NCBI GenBank assembly: GCA_020536535.1
Contig: JAHLWZ010000793.1
Coordinates: 117,239-181,238 of the forward strand
Direction: 5' to 3'
Length of the DNA stretch: 64,000 nt
From: Pelomyxa schiedti
Lineage: Eukaryota > Protista > Evosea
Part shown: positions 46,244 to 61,428 of the stretch, piece by piece
Layout of the letters: each line of letters starts with the position of its first letter
Position numbering within the stretch: the first letter of the stretch is position 1
Made by a program: the position numbers and the translations under genes
Notes under the pieces: model-generated
Database searches by the model: none
What the model was told of the DNA's origin: nothing
Seen by the model: the letters and a program-made list of their open reading frames with translations, nothing else

Positions 46244-48962
46244 TCAGGATTGTCTTGGTTTGGTAACGTGGTGTGGTGATGCTGGTTGTTTCTGAGAATG
46301 CCTGTGTGGTGGCATTACTAGGCTTGGTTGTGGTTGTGGGGGTGTGGGTTGGTGAACACTAATGGACATATCTGCATGAGCACATAGTACAACACTTCCT
46401 TCACTTGTGCTGTTGAAAGCGAGTGCTGTGACTCCAGAACCCATTCGGGACCAGCTTTTCTGTGTTTACGTGAGGATTTTCATAGGTTGACAACCAAGAA
46501 AAGAAAAAAAAGTGGGGAATGAAACTAACCTCAGGGGGGAAAATGGAAGATAAAGGTGAGACCATATTCCGCAAGTCCCATATTCTGGCACAGCCATCAT
46601 CGTAGCCACAACACAACAGGGTACTTGTTTCAGATGAATCGAGTGACACTGTTGTGGCTGTGCCAATGTTCCACTGTGATTGTTTCTTTCCTAAACGGAA
46701 TGTAGTGAGTCGCGAATTGACAGTTGTGTTACGACTATGATTAGAATTTTGGTGTAGATAGAAAAGGAAGAACCTGATGAGATATCATACAATCTCAGAT
46801 TTGAATCAGTGGATGAAACGAGAAACGCCTCAGAACCTAAAGCTGGTACAGGGGATACCTAAACAATTTATTTTTAAGGGAAATTTAGGGGATTGATACC
46901 TTATTGAAGCTGATGTTTGAATATTCTTCTCCGCTTTTCATGGCTAACACACATTTTGCACTCTCGATATCAAAGGTGCCAAGTAACCCTTCGCTGTAGC
47001 ATACAATAACACTGTTGGGAGAATCTGAACCGGCTCTTATTGTAACGCAAGTAGGAGTGCAGAATTCTTGACTTTCTGAAGGAAAGGGTTTAGAATAACA
47101 TTTACCACTTTTTGGATGTACCCTCTGGTCGATATTGATAGGTTTGTAACTGAGATACTGCAAAACTTCAGTAAAAACAGGACTGTTAGAGGATGTACAT
47201 TTGTTCAAATCCCAGTGGCGAACAGTTTTATCAGCACTTGCAGAAAAAAATGAACTAGGTAGCGCACACAACGACCACACAATATCTGTATGGCAAGTGA
47301 CACTAGAGATTCTGTATTTATGTACATTTCCTGCAATTCGATCAGTCAGGGTGAGGTGAACAGCGAGGCGTACCAGTGGATGAGTACGCTCGAATTGTGG
47401 GTGGGGGTATTGTGTTCAAAACTATTGTAGTATCTGCACTGCCACTCAAAAGGATATTATTTTTGACTGACAAGGCAAGGTTCACGACTATGTAGGTTAG
47501 GTTAGACTCAGGAAAAGAGAGGTCGGCTCACCTGGGCCTCTGTGGCCTCGGAAAACGTAACAGGGCTCTGCAAAGTTACTCCTGGGGGTGTGAGGTGCTA
47601 TTTTGTGAGAGCAGGGACATACAATGACCACATTTGGAGTGTTCCATCATCTCTTGCAGCATAAAAAAGTTGTGAATTAGGGTGCAACAAGAGGCAACGG
47701 CATGTCCCAAGTCCATGAGTTAGAGTGCTTGAATGAAACCACTTGACATGTGATGAGGGTGAGGGTGTGGGTGCAATGGAATTGTCTTCAACCTTGAGCA
47801 GCGAATTAGTGAAAGTCTCAGAAGTATAAAACTAAGTACCATAAGATGTGTGATTACGGGAGATCTTGGTGGTGAATCTCTTGGAAGAGATGGAGCAAGG
47901 GCTCTAGGATCGGGTTGTGTGTTGCTTCGTTTAAGTTGGTGCATAGCTTTGTGGTCGTCTAGTTGGTGAGCGACTAGACTGATTGAAGTTCCTTCTCTGA
48001 TAATAGAAGGCATCACAGGTTGTTTTTTAGGAGAGGATTGGAGAGGGAGAGTAGATGTAACCTCCGTGGGTTGTGCTTGTAGTTGTGGTTGTGGTTGTGC
48101 TTGTGCTTGCTGTTGTTGTTGTTGCACGGGTGAAGGTGGGCGTTGTGGATTCTGTGATGGCACAGAGCCAATCCAAGTGATGGAACCATAGCCAACTTCT
48201 CGTAGATATCTGGAAAATATGTGTAAATGCACAAAGCAACAAGTCGTTTAGGAGGGCAACTGAACAAGAACATCAGGTGAATGTATATGCAGTGTATTTG
48301 TACTGGGAGTAGGATAGGTGTCTGCCAATAGGCCCTGTGGAATAGGCCTTGTAAATGTCAGTATAATTTAGGGTGCGTAATAGGGGCAACTGATTGAGAG
48401 CTTGCAGTCTTAGTGCCAGGTGTTTGGATACCTCGCATTGTGTTTCATAACGAGATTCCAATGTTTTAATTTGTTGCTATACACGTCCAAACACCGACGA
48501 TGATTTTTAGTGAAAAGGAAGCTTTTTTAAATTTTTTTTGTAGCTAATAAATGAACACAAAAATTTACATGAATTTTGTTTTTTCCCCGTAAAGTTATAA
48601 AGAAGATATCAAAACAGTACCACCAAGTGAGCTCTTTCATCAGACCAAGCAGCCTTTTCTAGTGCAAAAGTCTCAAATTGGGCCTGCAACCATTGACTCA
48701 CTCCCTTGACATCAAATGGAGGAGGCACTCCCCGGTTGATGGTGTTGATGTTTACGTTGCTGTTGGTGGTGGTTGTGATTATGGGATTGGGTGGGGTGCA
48801 TATGATGGTGGCGGGATCTGCCGACACCATCGTCATGGTCTGGGTCTGGGGTTGAGACTGAGCATCTGAGGCCTCCTGGGAGGACGACGATGATCCAGAG
48901 GAGGCAACTAGACGAGGTCGGGGGGAGGTTCTCTGAGGCTCTATAATTGTCTGGGACGCCAT
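46244..48962 (-). CDS. STRN: Mirror copy: striatin-family protein
   Basis: Reverse complement of 33825-36543. Confidence 0.7.
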
Positions 48963-49233
48963 TGATCTTTGTGGTGTTCTAAAGGTGCACTCCCCTGTGT
49001 CCGTGTGGAGAGGCCTTTTTTTTTTCCTTTTTTCTAGGGGAGGTTTCGTGATAATTGAGATTTGATCGAACGAAGAGATGAGGCACAGTACCTGATCAAA
49101 CACTGCACTTTCCCGTTTCATCGCATAACCCACCGGTGTGCAATGCCGAGCTTTCTGAGGCTTTTTTTGGAGCGACTGCGAGGAACCATCTTTTGAGATT
49201 CCAACCTTTTTTTTTTCCAAAAGGAAAAAAAAG

Positions 49234-50081
49234 ATGGCTGACGAAGCGACTGCGGCAACCCCCAGCACCGGAACTACGACAACGACAGCCGAGCCTACCA
49301 CAACAACGACAGAGGCGGTTACAACAACTACTACCGCATCTTCTGCTGTTTCTCCGCCCCCGACCGCACCGGCCGTGAGCGGGCCACCAAAGACGCTCCC
49401 AGTCAACGGAGGCGGCAAGACCGAAAAGTACACTTGGACCCAGCGCCTAGCTGAGGTCACTGTTCATTTCCCTGTTACTCCTGGTAAATTTTCTTTTTAC
49501 AAGATTTTAGTACCTTTTTTTTTTCCCCCCTTTGGTGTCAAATAATAGTAGAAGAAAGGGAGTGGTTGTGAGATACATAGCGAGATATATTGACGTTATT
49601 CTGAACGAAATACACAGGTACACGAGGAAGAGATGTTCTCATTAAGATGACCGACAAGCATTTGTTGTTCAAGCATAGGGGCACTCTCATTATTGACGCC
49701 GATTTCGATAAGCCAATTCGCAGTGGTGATAGCTTTTGGAGCTTGGATGAACAGCGCGACGTTGTGTTCGAAATCACAAAGCTCAACCAAATGGAATGGT
49801 GGAAGTGCGTATTTAAGGGTGACCCCGAGATTGACACGACCAAGGTTAAAAAAACCATTCATGCGACCCTTCTTACTCATGGTTGCTAGGTGGAGCCGGA
49901 AAATAGCAAGCTGAGTGACCTTGATGGAGAGACCCGCCAGATGGTGGAGAAGATGATGTTCGACCAAAGGCAGAAGGCTCTTGGTTTGCCCACCTCGGAA
50001 GAAATGGACAAGCAGAAGATGCTGGAGAAATTTATGAAACAACACCCCGAAATGGACTTTAGCCGCGCCAAGATGTCCTAG
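49234..50081 (+). CDS. NUDC: Mirror copy: NudC
   Basis: Reverse complement of 32706-33553. Confidence 0.93.
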
Positions 50082-50168
50082 GCAAATCCACCCTTCAACA
50101 AATGACACTGCTTACAACAGGAATTGATTTGAACAAACTAATTTTTGAATTTCACTTCTTTCATACGT

Positions 50169-51141
50169 CTACTTTTCTCCTTCATTTGGTAGTGTATATG
50201 TTCCCAAATCGGTTCCTCTTAAAACAGTGCCGTGTATTCCAACCAGTCCAATCCCAACAACACTGATTTCAAATTCAACGGGGGGGTAGTCCAAATCAAG
50301 CAGCGGGGTCATATCATCGACACTGTCCCAAGCCAAAGTGACACTGGGAATGGTTAGGATTGTAAAAGCTGGACTGAAGTGAGAGAAGGACTTACTGAGG
50401 CGAAAACTGGTCAAAAACTCCAGGGGAGCCGTACTGTAAAAAAATGGTGACAAACGGAAAATAAGCAGGAAAAAATAAACCTTCAAGCAGTACAGTATCA
50501 TCTCATTGCGAGGGGGATTTGGTTCATCGAAAACCCACTCAGGGATTGCTTGTGTTTTGTTGCGGTACTGGTAGGTGGCATTGACAACGCTGTCACTAAG
50601 CCACTGAAGGCAGTCATTTGGCACAGATACTTCCCACATGAAATACTGACCCGAAAGCAGCGGGGCTCCCATAGTAGCTTTGCATGTGTGGAGTGTTGGA
50701 GCAAGTTGATCCATCCTGAGCGTCAAATCAGCCCCTTATGTATGCAATTATATCTCAAAAGAGGAGTGTAGTTTTGAGAATATTCACTATTTGATGTTTG
50801 ACATATTTCTATTACGCAACTGTCATTACAATGTAAACGAGAACAAAATGCATACGCAGCGACTACATCGTCTAAGGTATCATTTACAAAGTCAGTCTGG
50901 TACAGGGTGATGTGAGGCAGAGCCCAATCGAAGGAGATTTCGTCGTTAGGGCACAATTGTTGAATCTGGAGACTGAGGTCCACTATCTCTTGACTCAGCT
51001 CGGGGGGCAACTTGGCGTGTATGTCGTACACAGTCTGGTGTGGCTTTGTGAGATCGAAGTTGTGGGAGGGATTGGAGACTGTACTTGGTGTGAGAAGGAA
51101 ACGAAGAAAGCCAAGGCAGAGAGAAGACTCAATGAACGCAT
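50169..51141 (-). CDS. Mirror copy: secreted 2H phosphoesterase
   Basis: Reverse complement of 31646-32618. Confidence 0.7.
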
Positions 51142-51234
51142 TCTTTTGTTTTTTTTATTATTAACAGAGTTGTGATGTTCACGGAAGAAAATTTTCAGAT
51201 TCTGTTGGCAGCCAATTTCCGTAGCCACTGAACG

Positions 51235-53223
51235 ATGAACACGCAAGCAGGCACACTTACTCCGACGCGACGAATCAATAACAGTGCCGTGGCGACTCCC
51301 ACTCCCATAAGTACGTATCCTTTCGAGGGGTTATTGTTTTGGGTTGTCCTAAGAGGTTGTTTGCAGGGCCACGGCAACCTCAACTTGTGGGAAGCGGCGC
51401 ACGGAGTGGGCGTGCATCGTGGAGCGCAGGGAATTTTTCTGACGCTAGGAAATTGTTTTTGTACGCAGCAGCTACGGCAGCTTTTTTCAGATTCCCAATG
51501 TTTAGGTTTGTGTGATTGCATGCGTCATATCATCGTTGTTGAAGGAAGTGTTAATCCTGGAATCTCAGGGGATTACGGTCGACGTTGATTGTTTTGGACT
51601 GGACATTTGTACATTATTTAGGTTGGCTGCAGTTTTCTATTTCCTGCCTTGTTTTCTGAGACTTTGCATTTAGCCTATACTATTTCCGTGGCACTCCTGG
51701 CCAGGTCCGCCTATATTTGTGCATATCAAATGTATTCTCGGCTATCCTCCGAATCCCCTACTACAACAACAACAACACCACCAACACCCCAGCAAAATTT
51801 ACCTGTCACACCTGCCTTGACCCCAGCCCCTTCTGATCCAAGATTGAGACTTCAGCAAACTGCTCGCACACTTTCAGTCACACCTATTCGTTTGGAGCAG
51901 ACGGCACCTAGTTTACTCTCCGGACAAATCCAGTTTGGTCAACAACGACTGGATTTCTCTCAGACTCCTCTCCGGTAACAATACTCTTTTCTCACAATGT
52001 TTTTTTTTTTGTGTTGCTAACTTTTTTCTTTAGGACAACAAGTTTGTATCTTCTGGGAAACGGCATGTTTATTTTTCACCTTGTTACGTAAATAGATACT
52101 CTGTTCCCGGATGAGAGAATGAGTCGCTCGTATAATCAAATGGCCTATACATTGAACAGTCAATCACAGAGATTTAGTGAATTTGCACCTGCAGACTTTA
52201 ATGAAGGCACTTCACCAGGCTTTGAATGTGAATTCACTGAGATATTTCAACCAAAGGAATACCAACCCGCCCCACCTTGGTACATGTATTGGTCCAATGC
52301 CTCCCGCTTATAACTTGTTCAGCCCAGCCGCTTCTTCCGCAGGTGCAGCGGTGATACTGTCCTGCAACTCTCCAGATTATAAAGCGGAATCTTTACGGGT
52401 AAAGAGCTTCCTCATCTTCATCAACTATTGCTTATCTTTCACATCTGTAGAGATTGAGTGAGCTTGTGGCAGGTCGAATCCCCGATTGCACAGATAAGAT
52501 GAAGCAGTGGTTGATGGCATATGTCTTCATTCCCCTTGTTTCTCAAACCGATGCAAATGCATGTGTGACTGTAGTGGCAATTTCCCACTGATAGATGGTT
52601 AGGTGGTAGCCCGTTTTACAAATATTACACGGTACCCCTTCTCAGAGACTTACATCAAACATAGAGTTGCAGGTTGAATTCATACCCTTTTCTACAGTTC
52701 TTTAATTTAGAAAATTCTCTCTTGATACTCAGAACTTTCTCGAGGAGGAAATCTTATGCCTGACTACACATGGAATGGTGGTAGCTCTGGAGGTGTCAAG
52801 TGGACAAATCAGCACCCCACTGATGCTATTCTTGTATTCCATTTGTTCTACACGTATCTGGACTTGTTTTTCCCGTTTTCCCAGAACCATGTTGTACTTT
52901 TTGAGCAACCCAAAGGTTGGTATGTTCCTTGTAACTGTGCGGAGCCTGATACTTTGTTAGATGCTCTCACAAAGGGGATTGCTATTCTCCAGAAGGATTT
53001 GAGCCCACCCCACTATGAAGTCGTGTATGATGGAAACAAAATACCAGTGTACCCAGTAAGAGGCTTTTTTATTCCCTCTAACCAAAAAAGTAACAACATC
53101 AAGGGACCAAACAACTTGTTTTACAGCATTATTACAATGCTGGCACTGGCGAAAAACGAGCTGCATGGGGTCATCGGTTCATGCTCACTTAGGCAACTGA
53201 AACTAATGGCAATCCTCGAGTGA
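51235..53223 (+). CDS. TMEM209: Mirror copy: TMEM209-like protein
   Basis: Reverse complement of 29564-31552. Confidence 0.7.
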
Positions 53224-53258
53224 ATCGAGCCTTGCTCAAAGCCAAGGGAATAAACATA

Positions 53259-53912
53259 TCAAAGAATACATTTTCCAGTTGCACTACGTATACGAACAAC
53301 CTGCAGCATGACATTTACAAAGCCCGCAAACTCCTTATCTTCTTCCAGTGCTTTATTAAGTAGTGCTTCCCTACTAACAGGGAGTAAGTTTTATTTTTGA
53401 AGCAATATCTTTCGAAAGATGAGAAAACCTCGCTTTTGGTGCACTGTCGATGCTTCTAATTTTTTCCTGCAAAGCGGGATTTTGCAAAAGTTTCCTCACT
53501 GTAACCGATGAAGCTAAAGGGAACATCAGAAGTCTCCAACAAAAAAAAAGGTAATAAGAAAGCACGACACACCAAGTTCAGAAAATTGTCTTGGCGTAAC
53601 GACATACACTTGATCGTCAATCACACGTGGGTGTAAACTGGGCTTGCACGGAGATTCTACTCATTGTCAAGTCGAAATTGTCTTTTTGGGGGACGATAAG
53701 AACCTTTATGCCTCTTCCAACAAGGCACAGAACAGCTTGTGGGAGCAAAAAAAAAAAAAAACCAACATTAGCTTAGGAAAGGAGAGTGGTGCCTCGAAAG
53801 GAAAGCACAACGAGGCGGTGAGACTTACACACAATTTGAGATCGCAAACAGGACACGTGTACTTGTGTGGCTGCGACGTGCATATTTCACACACCACCGG
53901 CTCGCCCGACAT
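53259..53912 (-). CDS. ZNHIT3: Mirror copy: ZNHIT3-like
   Basis: Reverse complement of 28875-29528. Confidence 0.78.
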
Positions 53913-54008
53913 CGCAATTTGTCTTTATTAACTGGCAACTGCCCACCAGATCTCGCCGAGGTTTTTTCTAATCGCCCACTTTTCCATTCTATCTGTGGCG
54001 ACGAGGTG

Positions 54009-54271
54009 ATGGCGAGTTCTACGGCGACATCGACGGCGACTACATCCACGAGCACGAGCACGAGCGCAGCGAGCACGTCTACGACGACGTCAGCTAGGGG
54101 CGGAGGAGGGGGCGTGGGGAGATGCTGGAACTACGTGGTCACTGCTCACAAGCCAACTGCTGTTCACTTCTCGTCCATGGCCAATTTCACATCTCCTACT
54201 GATGTCAATTTGATTATCGTGTACGCCGGGGGTGGTTGTTTTGGGGGTTTTTTTTTGTCTCCCTGCTCTCG

Positions 54272-54339
<68 letters not shown>

Positions 54340-57300
54340 TTTGTTGCTGGCTCTGGTTATTTCTTGGTATTAAGTTTTATCAAAATGGCAGGCGAAGTAC
54401 GAGAATGGAGATTTTCAAAGTTGTGGAAGATGGACTTGCACCACTTGCTGATGTCACACTGTATGGCAGGGTTGGATTGTTTAAAGTGTTCAGACCCACT
54501 GTGTGTTGCAATACAAACAGACTGCGTGGTGACATTAGTAACATGTGCAGGGAAGCAAACAAGACCATTTGATGATTTGCACGGAACAATACCATTTATG
54601 CGTTCTCTCTTATAATTCTATAAAACGGGAAATCCAAACTGAATGGACATGCAATGTCCGAGATAGAGTGGGGATCCCTTGTCAGGTTTTTCTGCCACTT
54701 TTCACACTTATATTCATTGGTGTAATAAGGGTGGAATGCTTGGGGCCATTGACCCAAACCTCCGAGTAGCCGCCCTTCTATTGTACAATGGGATACTTAA
54801 AGTTATACCAATGACTCGTAATATGTCGTCTAGCATTTCTGCTTATAATTTGAGGTTTGGAGTTTGCTCAAGTCATTTGGGACTTAATTCTTGTTTTCAA
54901 ATTAGACTGGAGGAAGTCAACATCATTGACATTCAATTTCAATACAACACACGTGTACCTACACTTGTAGTACTTTACCAAGTTCCAGGAGATGTAAGAC
55001 ATGTTAAGACATATGAGTTGACAGCACATGATCAGAATGTAAAAGAAATCGTTATTTTGATTTTTGACATGACTAGAAACATTAACCATTTTAGTCTGAT
55101 TTAGAGATTGTACCTGGCCCATGGGATCTACGTAATGTCGAAAGTGGGACAACAATGCTTATTCCCGTTCCATCTCCATTAGGTATCAATACCTTTTTTT
55201 TTTCCTTTTTTTTTTTTACTCCCCAAGGTGGCATTATCATCGTAAGTGAGCAGACTATCACATACCACAATGGTCAAAAACCAACCAGTACACCCGCCAC
55301 CGGGGCATCGTCAGCAGCATCAGCTGCAGCTGACCATGCAAGCTACAAAGCTCTCTCCATGAAGCCCACAACTATGGTGGTGTATGTTACACATTCCCAT
55401 TGGACTTGACTAAATATTCAATGTATGTTGTTGTGTAGGTATGGTAAGATTGATGAAGATGGAAAACGCATTCTGCTTGGTGATGAACAAGGCCTATTGT
55501 ATGTTCTCACTTTGGAGAGAGCCCGTTCAAAGTTGGCCGACATACGACTAGACACAATTGGAATGGTTGATTTATTTCAGAAACCAAATAATGGTAACAG
55601 TTTATCTAGGTTTGTGCAGCGTCTACTATTTCCTATGTAGACAATGGAGTTGTATTTGTAGGTTGATGGTAAAACTTCTAAGTCAAGGTTTACTAATTGG
55701 TATCTAGGATCTCGGTTCAGTGACTCTAAGTTAATTAGACTACTGAGTGAGAAGAATGCCAGTGGTATGGAAAGCCTCTTAAGTTATTGTAGGCTTTACA
55801 CCAGTTCAGGTGATAATTTTGAGGTACTTGACAGGTTTGTCAATATTGGCCCTACTCCTGATTTTGTTGTAGTGGATCTAGCTAAGCAAGGAGAGGTAGA
55901 GGGTCTCTCCAGCTAAACTTTTTAACTTTCTGATTGAAAAGGGTCAACTTGTTACCTGCTCGGGTGCCTACCGAGATTGTTCCCTTAGAGTGATAAGTAA
56001 TGGTGTAGGAGTGTCTGAGAGAGCTTCTTTTGAAAATTTGACTGGTTTCGAATAGTTCTACCAACTCCTACTCACAACAAATCAGGTTTAAGAGGGCTGT
56101 GGTCTTTACGGTCTTCTACCGAGCCACAATTCGATGAATTTGTAGTTGGTAGTACATTTCTGCTTGCACAGTAAATTAACGTGATTCAGTGTCTTTTGTT
56201 AGTGCGACCAGGATTTTATCTTTCAGAGAAGAAGAAATCTCTGAGTTTGAAATTCCAGGCTTCGATTGTTCTGTTCAGTCCATGTATTGTGGTAATGTTG
56301 TGCATGGCAATTTTATTCAGGTTCTGTAGACAATCTTTTTTATTATCCTTAAACTATGCATAGGTAACTTCAGGAGGCATTCGCCTCGTAAGTGGCACAA
56401 ATTATACCCTTCTGTCACAATGGGAACCTGGAAAGGGGACCCAAATAAAGGTAGTTTCGTGCAACAGTCAGCAGGTGCTACTATCAACTGGTGATGGCAA
56501 CTTATTTTACCTTGAAATTCAAGCCAATAAGATTGTGCAAGTCAGGTACTTCTATTGTCGTTTTTCTACACTCCCTGATTAAATGTAGTAAAACCAAGAT
56601 GGCCAATGAAGTATCTTGCGTAGATGTCGGCGTTTTCGGTGAAGCATTTTCAAGCATTGGTGTCGTTGGGCTCTGGGGTGATCTATCCGTTCACGTATTG
56701 AAGATCCCATCTCTGGACCTTGTGTGCATGGCAACCCTTGAAGGTTAATATTAAACGAAATCTTGAGTCTTACATACATGCAGAAACGATTGCTAGATCG
56801 GTCATGTATGCAAGTATGGAGGGAGTAAGCTATGTTTTATGTGGCATGGGAGATGGCACTCTTTGTTCCTTTGTTCTAGATGTATTTTTCTCTATCTCCA
56901 GCACTAGTGAATGACGTTGCCTCTATTATCTCAAAACGCAGACTGGCCAGTTGAAGGAGAAAAAAAAAGTTAGGCTGGCAAGCACACCCCTGTCACTCAA
57001 TGTCTATCAACATGGCACATCTGTGTTCGTGGCTGCAGATCGACCCACACTCGTATATACATCCAATGGCAAGTTGAGATTTTCAAATGTCAACATCAAG
57101 GTTTATTATCTCTTTGTATACACCTCTATTAATTTGTGATAGGAGGTGACCCACATGTGCACACTCAATACTCGCCTTCTACCGAACAGCATTGCCCTTG
57201 CTACCGAAGCTGGTCTTAAAGTTGGGAGTGTTGATGACATGCAGAAACTACACATAAGAACAATTCCTTTGGAAGAAATGCCAAGGAGGATAGCATATCA

Positions 57301-58816
57301 GGTACTTGTTCCAAATTACTGTGACGACTGACGTAAAATCAGGAAGAAACTAAGAATTTTTGTGTACTAACAATCACAAATGACGATGTCGATCCTGTCA
57401 GCTATGTACGTTTAATCAATTCTGAAACATTCGACAGTATGTCTCCCTCCCCCCATCCCTCTCCATATTCCCACGTATTCTTTAGCAATTCACAAGTTCG
57501 AGCTTGATGCCAAAGAAGCTGGCTGTTCTATCCTTTCAACAAAACTCCCTGATGAAAGTGGTTCTAAGCCCTATTTCGTCGTTGGCACTGCCTACGTTGA
57601 CCCAGATGAAGGTTGCATCTTGGTCTCTTTCTATTTTTACTTAAAAGCCCAGTGGAACCCACCAAAGGACGAGTGCTTGTTTTTGACTGTTCGCACCACA
57701 CACTGGAGCTTGTATGTGAGAGACAAGTCAAAGGGGCCGTTTACTCCCTAGATTCATTTGTAGGGGGCCGAATTATAGCTAGTGTCAATGACAAAGTAAA
57801 AGTTCTTGAATGGCAAACTCCCCAAGTGTCTTCTTCCACCTCAACATCTTCATCGTATCATCACAGCAAAGCCTTAGTGAATCATTGCAGTTGCCACACT
57901 AATGTTTTAGCTCTTTGGCTAGTTTCACGTGGTGATATTGCTATTGTTGGTGTGTTGCAACTTAACTTGTTTCCAATAACCACCCCACATCCATAAAGGT
58001 GACTTGATGAAATCCATGATGGTAATTGGTTATAAAGAAGTCGAGCAACAACTGGTTGAACTTGCAAGAGATTTCAATCCAAACTGGTTGACTGCCATCG
58101 AGTTTCTGGATGAAGACACCTACTTAGGTATCAAAGGAAATGTTTCCACAAATATCCTCCTCACATTCTGTACAGCCGCAGAGAATTCCTGTAATTTATT
58201 TACCCTGAAGACAAATAGTGATTCTACTTCGGATGATGAAAGGCAGAGGCTGGATGTGTGTGGACAGTTTTATTTGGGTGAATATGTTAACAAGTTCAGA
58301 CATGGTGTGCAAAAAAAGCACCTTATTTTATAGCTCACTCTTCCGAAGGGTCTCTTGTTATGAAACTGATGGACACAAATGAGTCCCCTGTACTTTCTAC
58401 TGTACTATTTTGCACAGTGGGGGGCATGGTCGGCGTTGTAGCTTCACTGTCAAAGGAGACGTTTGATTTCTTCCTGACTTTACAAAATAAGCTCACGTCA
58501 GTAATCTCCGGCGTCGGTGGAATCCTTCATTCACAGTAGGCTTCTTCCATTCAATCTACTACAATTTAACCTAAGTGCTAAAAACAGGTGGAGGTCTTTC
58601 TCCAACGAGAGAAGAACCGAGGAAGCATATGGATTTATTGATGGTGATTTGATAGAGTCATTCTTGGACCTCTCAAAAGAAAAGTGTGCAGGGCCGACAC
58701 GACAATAAACCATCTAACCTGGATACCACAGGATGGCTTTGGTTGTCCAAGGAATGGGAGTGTCTGTGGAAGAAGTGTGCAGGCGTGTTGAACAGATTCA
58801 GAGAGCAACCCACTGA
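54009..58816 (+). CDS. DDB1: Mirror copy: DDB1
   Basis: Reverse complement of 23971-28778. Confidence 0.93.
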
Positions 58817-59456
58817 GTTTTGTTCACCAAACCACAGGAAAGACCTAAGATATTTTTTTGTAGTTGGCATAATAAACTCAATGACCTACATGCACAAATA
58901 ATCATTCACAACATTTCATGGTGGGGTTACTGGAAAATTATACATTCCATAAAATGACTGGCATAAATGCAAATCCAAGAATCGAATTAATGGTACTGGG
59001 TGGTCCCCTCATTCATTGCTGTGGGGATGTTTCGCAGGTACAGAGTTCTCACGTGACAACTTCTCCTCCAAGTCAAGTCAAGAAACGGTTCTCTTATGAA
59101 GTTGGATACAGACAGCTTCATTTGCAAATCGACCCGTCGCCACGTTGTGTCCAGAAGAGGCTGGGACTCCCAAAAGACTCCCACAGAATACCTAAGACAA
59201 CGAGAAAAAAAGAAAGGGTGATGATAAGACCGGAAAGAAAGAAAGAAATCTCTTTTTCCTTTCATCATGCTGTTGTGGCCAAGGGCACAGAAAGTTGCTC
59301 CTCCTGTCGTTTCTAAACAATTCCACATTCACAATTCCACAATTCCACAAATCATCATAATATCCACTTCTTCTTCTTCCATTCAGGCATTCTTCAATTT
59401 TCTTATGTCCCCAAAAAAAATCATCATCAGCCTGTTCCACAACAGAGGACACCACC

Positions 59457-60442
59457 TTATGGGTTATTGGCGGGTGCATCGTGTGTTGGTTGGGGGTCTG
59501 TCTTCACTGGAGTCGAGCCTGGAAGAATTAAAGTTAAAAATCCTGGCCAGCATTAAAAAAATGGAGCGATCACATACTGTGGTTTTTCTTGGGTGAGTGG
59601 GACCTGGAGTGTGACGACTTGTGGTGCCTCCCACGTGAATGGGACCGCGGCGAGCGCGACCTTGACTTTGAGGGGCTCCTCGATGATCTGGACCTTGACC
59701 TATAACGGTACCTGTCAGAAGTGTGAGGTGGTGGTGATGCGGGGGAATACGAATTGAAAACAAACCGTGGAGAACGGGACCTCGAGCGGGAATCCCCGGT
59801 CTGGCGTCGCTGCCTTGTGTAAACTTGCATCTTCTTTGGAAGACCGACATCCCAATCAAGACGCAAACGACGACCAGATATCTCGTACCCATTGTAACTG
59901 TTGGGAGGTTAGGTTTCGTACGCCATATAAAACTAAAAAGGCACCGTTCAAAGGCATCTTCAGCGTCACGCCTGTCCTCAAAGTCGACGAAGGCATATCC
60001 CCTGCTTTGTCCGGTGTTTCTGGCGAAAAAGTAAAACTTGTGAGCTCCCCTTTGTGTGCGTTAAAAACCTTGGGAAAATACCTGTTCATGCCAATGGTAA
60101 CCTTACGAATCGGGCCACAACGCTCGAAGTAGTCGTAAACATCGCGTTCACGGAAGTTGAAAGGTAAATTCCCAACAAACACACAAGTGCTGTGTGCTCG
60201 GTCGCGGCTGCTGCCGCGGTATGGCGAGCTCCTTAAAATGGAGTGTAAGTACGTATTTTATCCATGGTGGAGCAGAAACCTCCTGGGGCTCCTCTGTGGA
60301 GAACGTGACCGCGAACGCGAGCGGGCTGGAGATCGGCTTCGCGATCGAGATGACTAGAAGAAACAACAACAAGTCAAAAATGCATAGAAAAATCCTCCAC
60401 GAAGCGTGTCGTGTCGTGTCGCAAAAACCGGGTCCGCACCAT
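59457..60442 (-). CDS. Mirror copy: Tra2-like SR protein (copy 3)
   Basis: Reverse complement of 22345-23330; carries the copy-2 allele. Confidence 0.83.
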
Positions 60443-61428
60443 CGAAGAGTGGGAGAGTTCCTTTTTTTTTTTTGAGTTTTTTTTAAATTTTCTTCTATCT
60501 ATTATTGGAGGGGGGGGTTCGGAGATCAGGAGCCAGCCACTCACTCGTTTCTCAGTTGTTAGCTTCACACCTCAGCCACCAATTTACATGTGATGAAGTT
60601 GAGCTCCTTGTGGACTATTCTCAGGTGGTGTCTACTTGTGCTCCTGTGTGCTGGTTCTGGCCCTACTCTCCAGTGGAACTGGTCCAAACTTCTAGTTTGC
60701 AGTTGCACTATCTTAATGAAAGGAGTTGATTGGGTAAGGACACAAGACAAAGTGATTTCAGTATCACCTTTAGATCTCAACTTTCAAGTCTGTGTCAAAG
60801 TTATTCATAAGTAACTTGTTTTGGTAACCTTGTGTGTAAGTGACAAGTTTTTCTTTGGTCAGGATGTAAAGAATGTCAACTTGATTGAAGCATCTCTTTT
60901 TGGCTAGTTTGGCATTGGTTTGCTCCATTAATGAGTGGTCTGGAAAGACCTGAGGATGGCCACTGTTTGAAAATTGTGGGGAATTTATCTTATGTAAGTT
61001 TATTTTTTCAACATTGTTTTTGACCACATTACACAAAATACCAACTGAACATGGAATTTGCATGGAAAATATTGATGGTCCCAACCAATGATGTGTTTAT
61101 TTTTATCTTCAAAGCTATGCACTTTGTTGTACCTTCACAAGGGTGCATTAATATAAAACTAAATTGAAAAAAGATTACAAAGATAATATATCTCTATCTT
61201 TGTTGTGTTGCAAACAGAGGTGCTCTTCATCTCCACAAAGGCAACAACCCTACAGACACACAAACCCATGCATGCTGGCTCCATCTGACAAAAATTAAAC
61301 ACCAGATGGCTAAATAAAAAAAACGCCAGGACTGAGCGATGGTAACGTAAAATGACAGCGTTCCGGTCTGTTGATTTTTCAAATAAGTTTTTCTCTGGTG
61401 ACCGCCGAACTTAAAAACAAAACAAGGA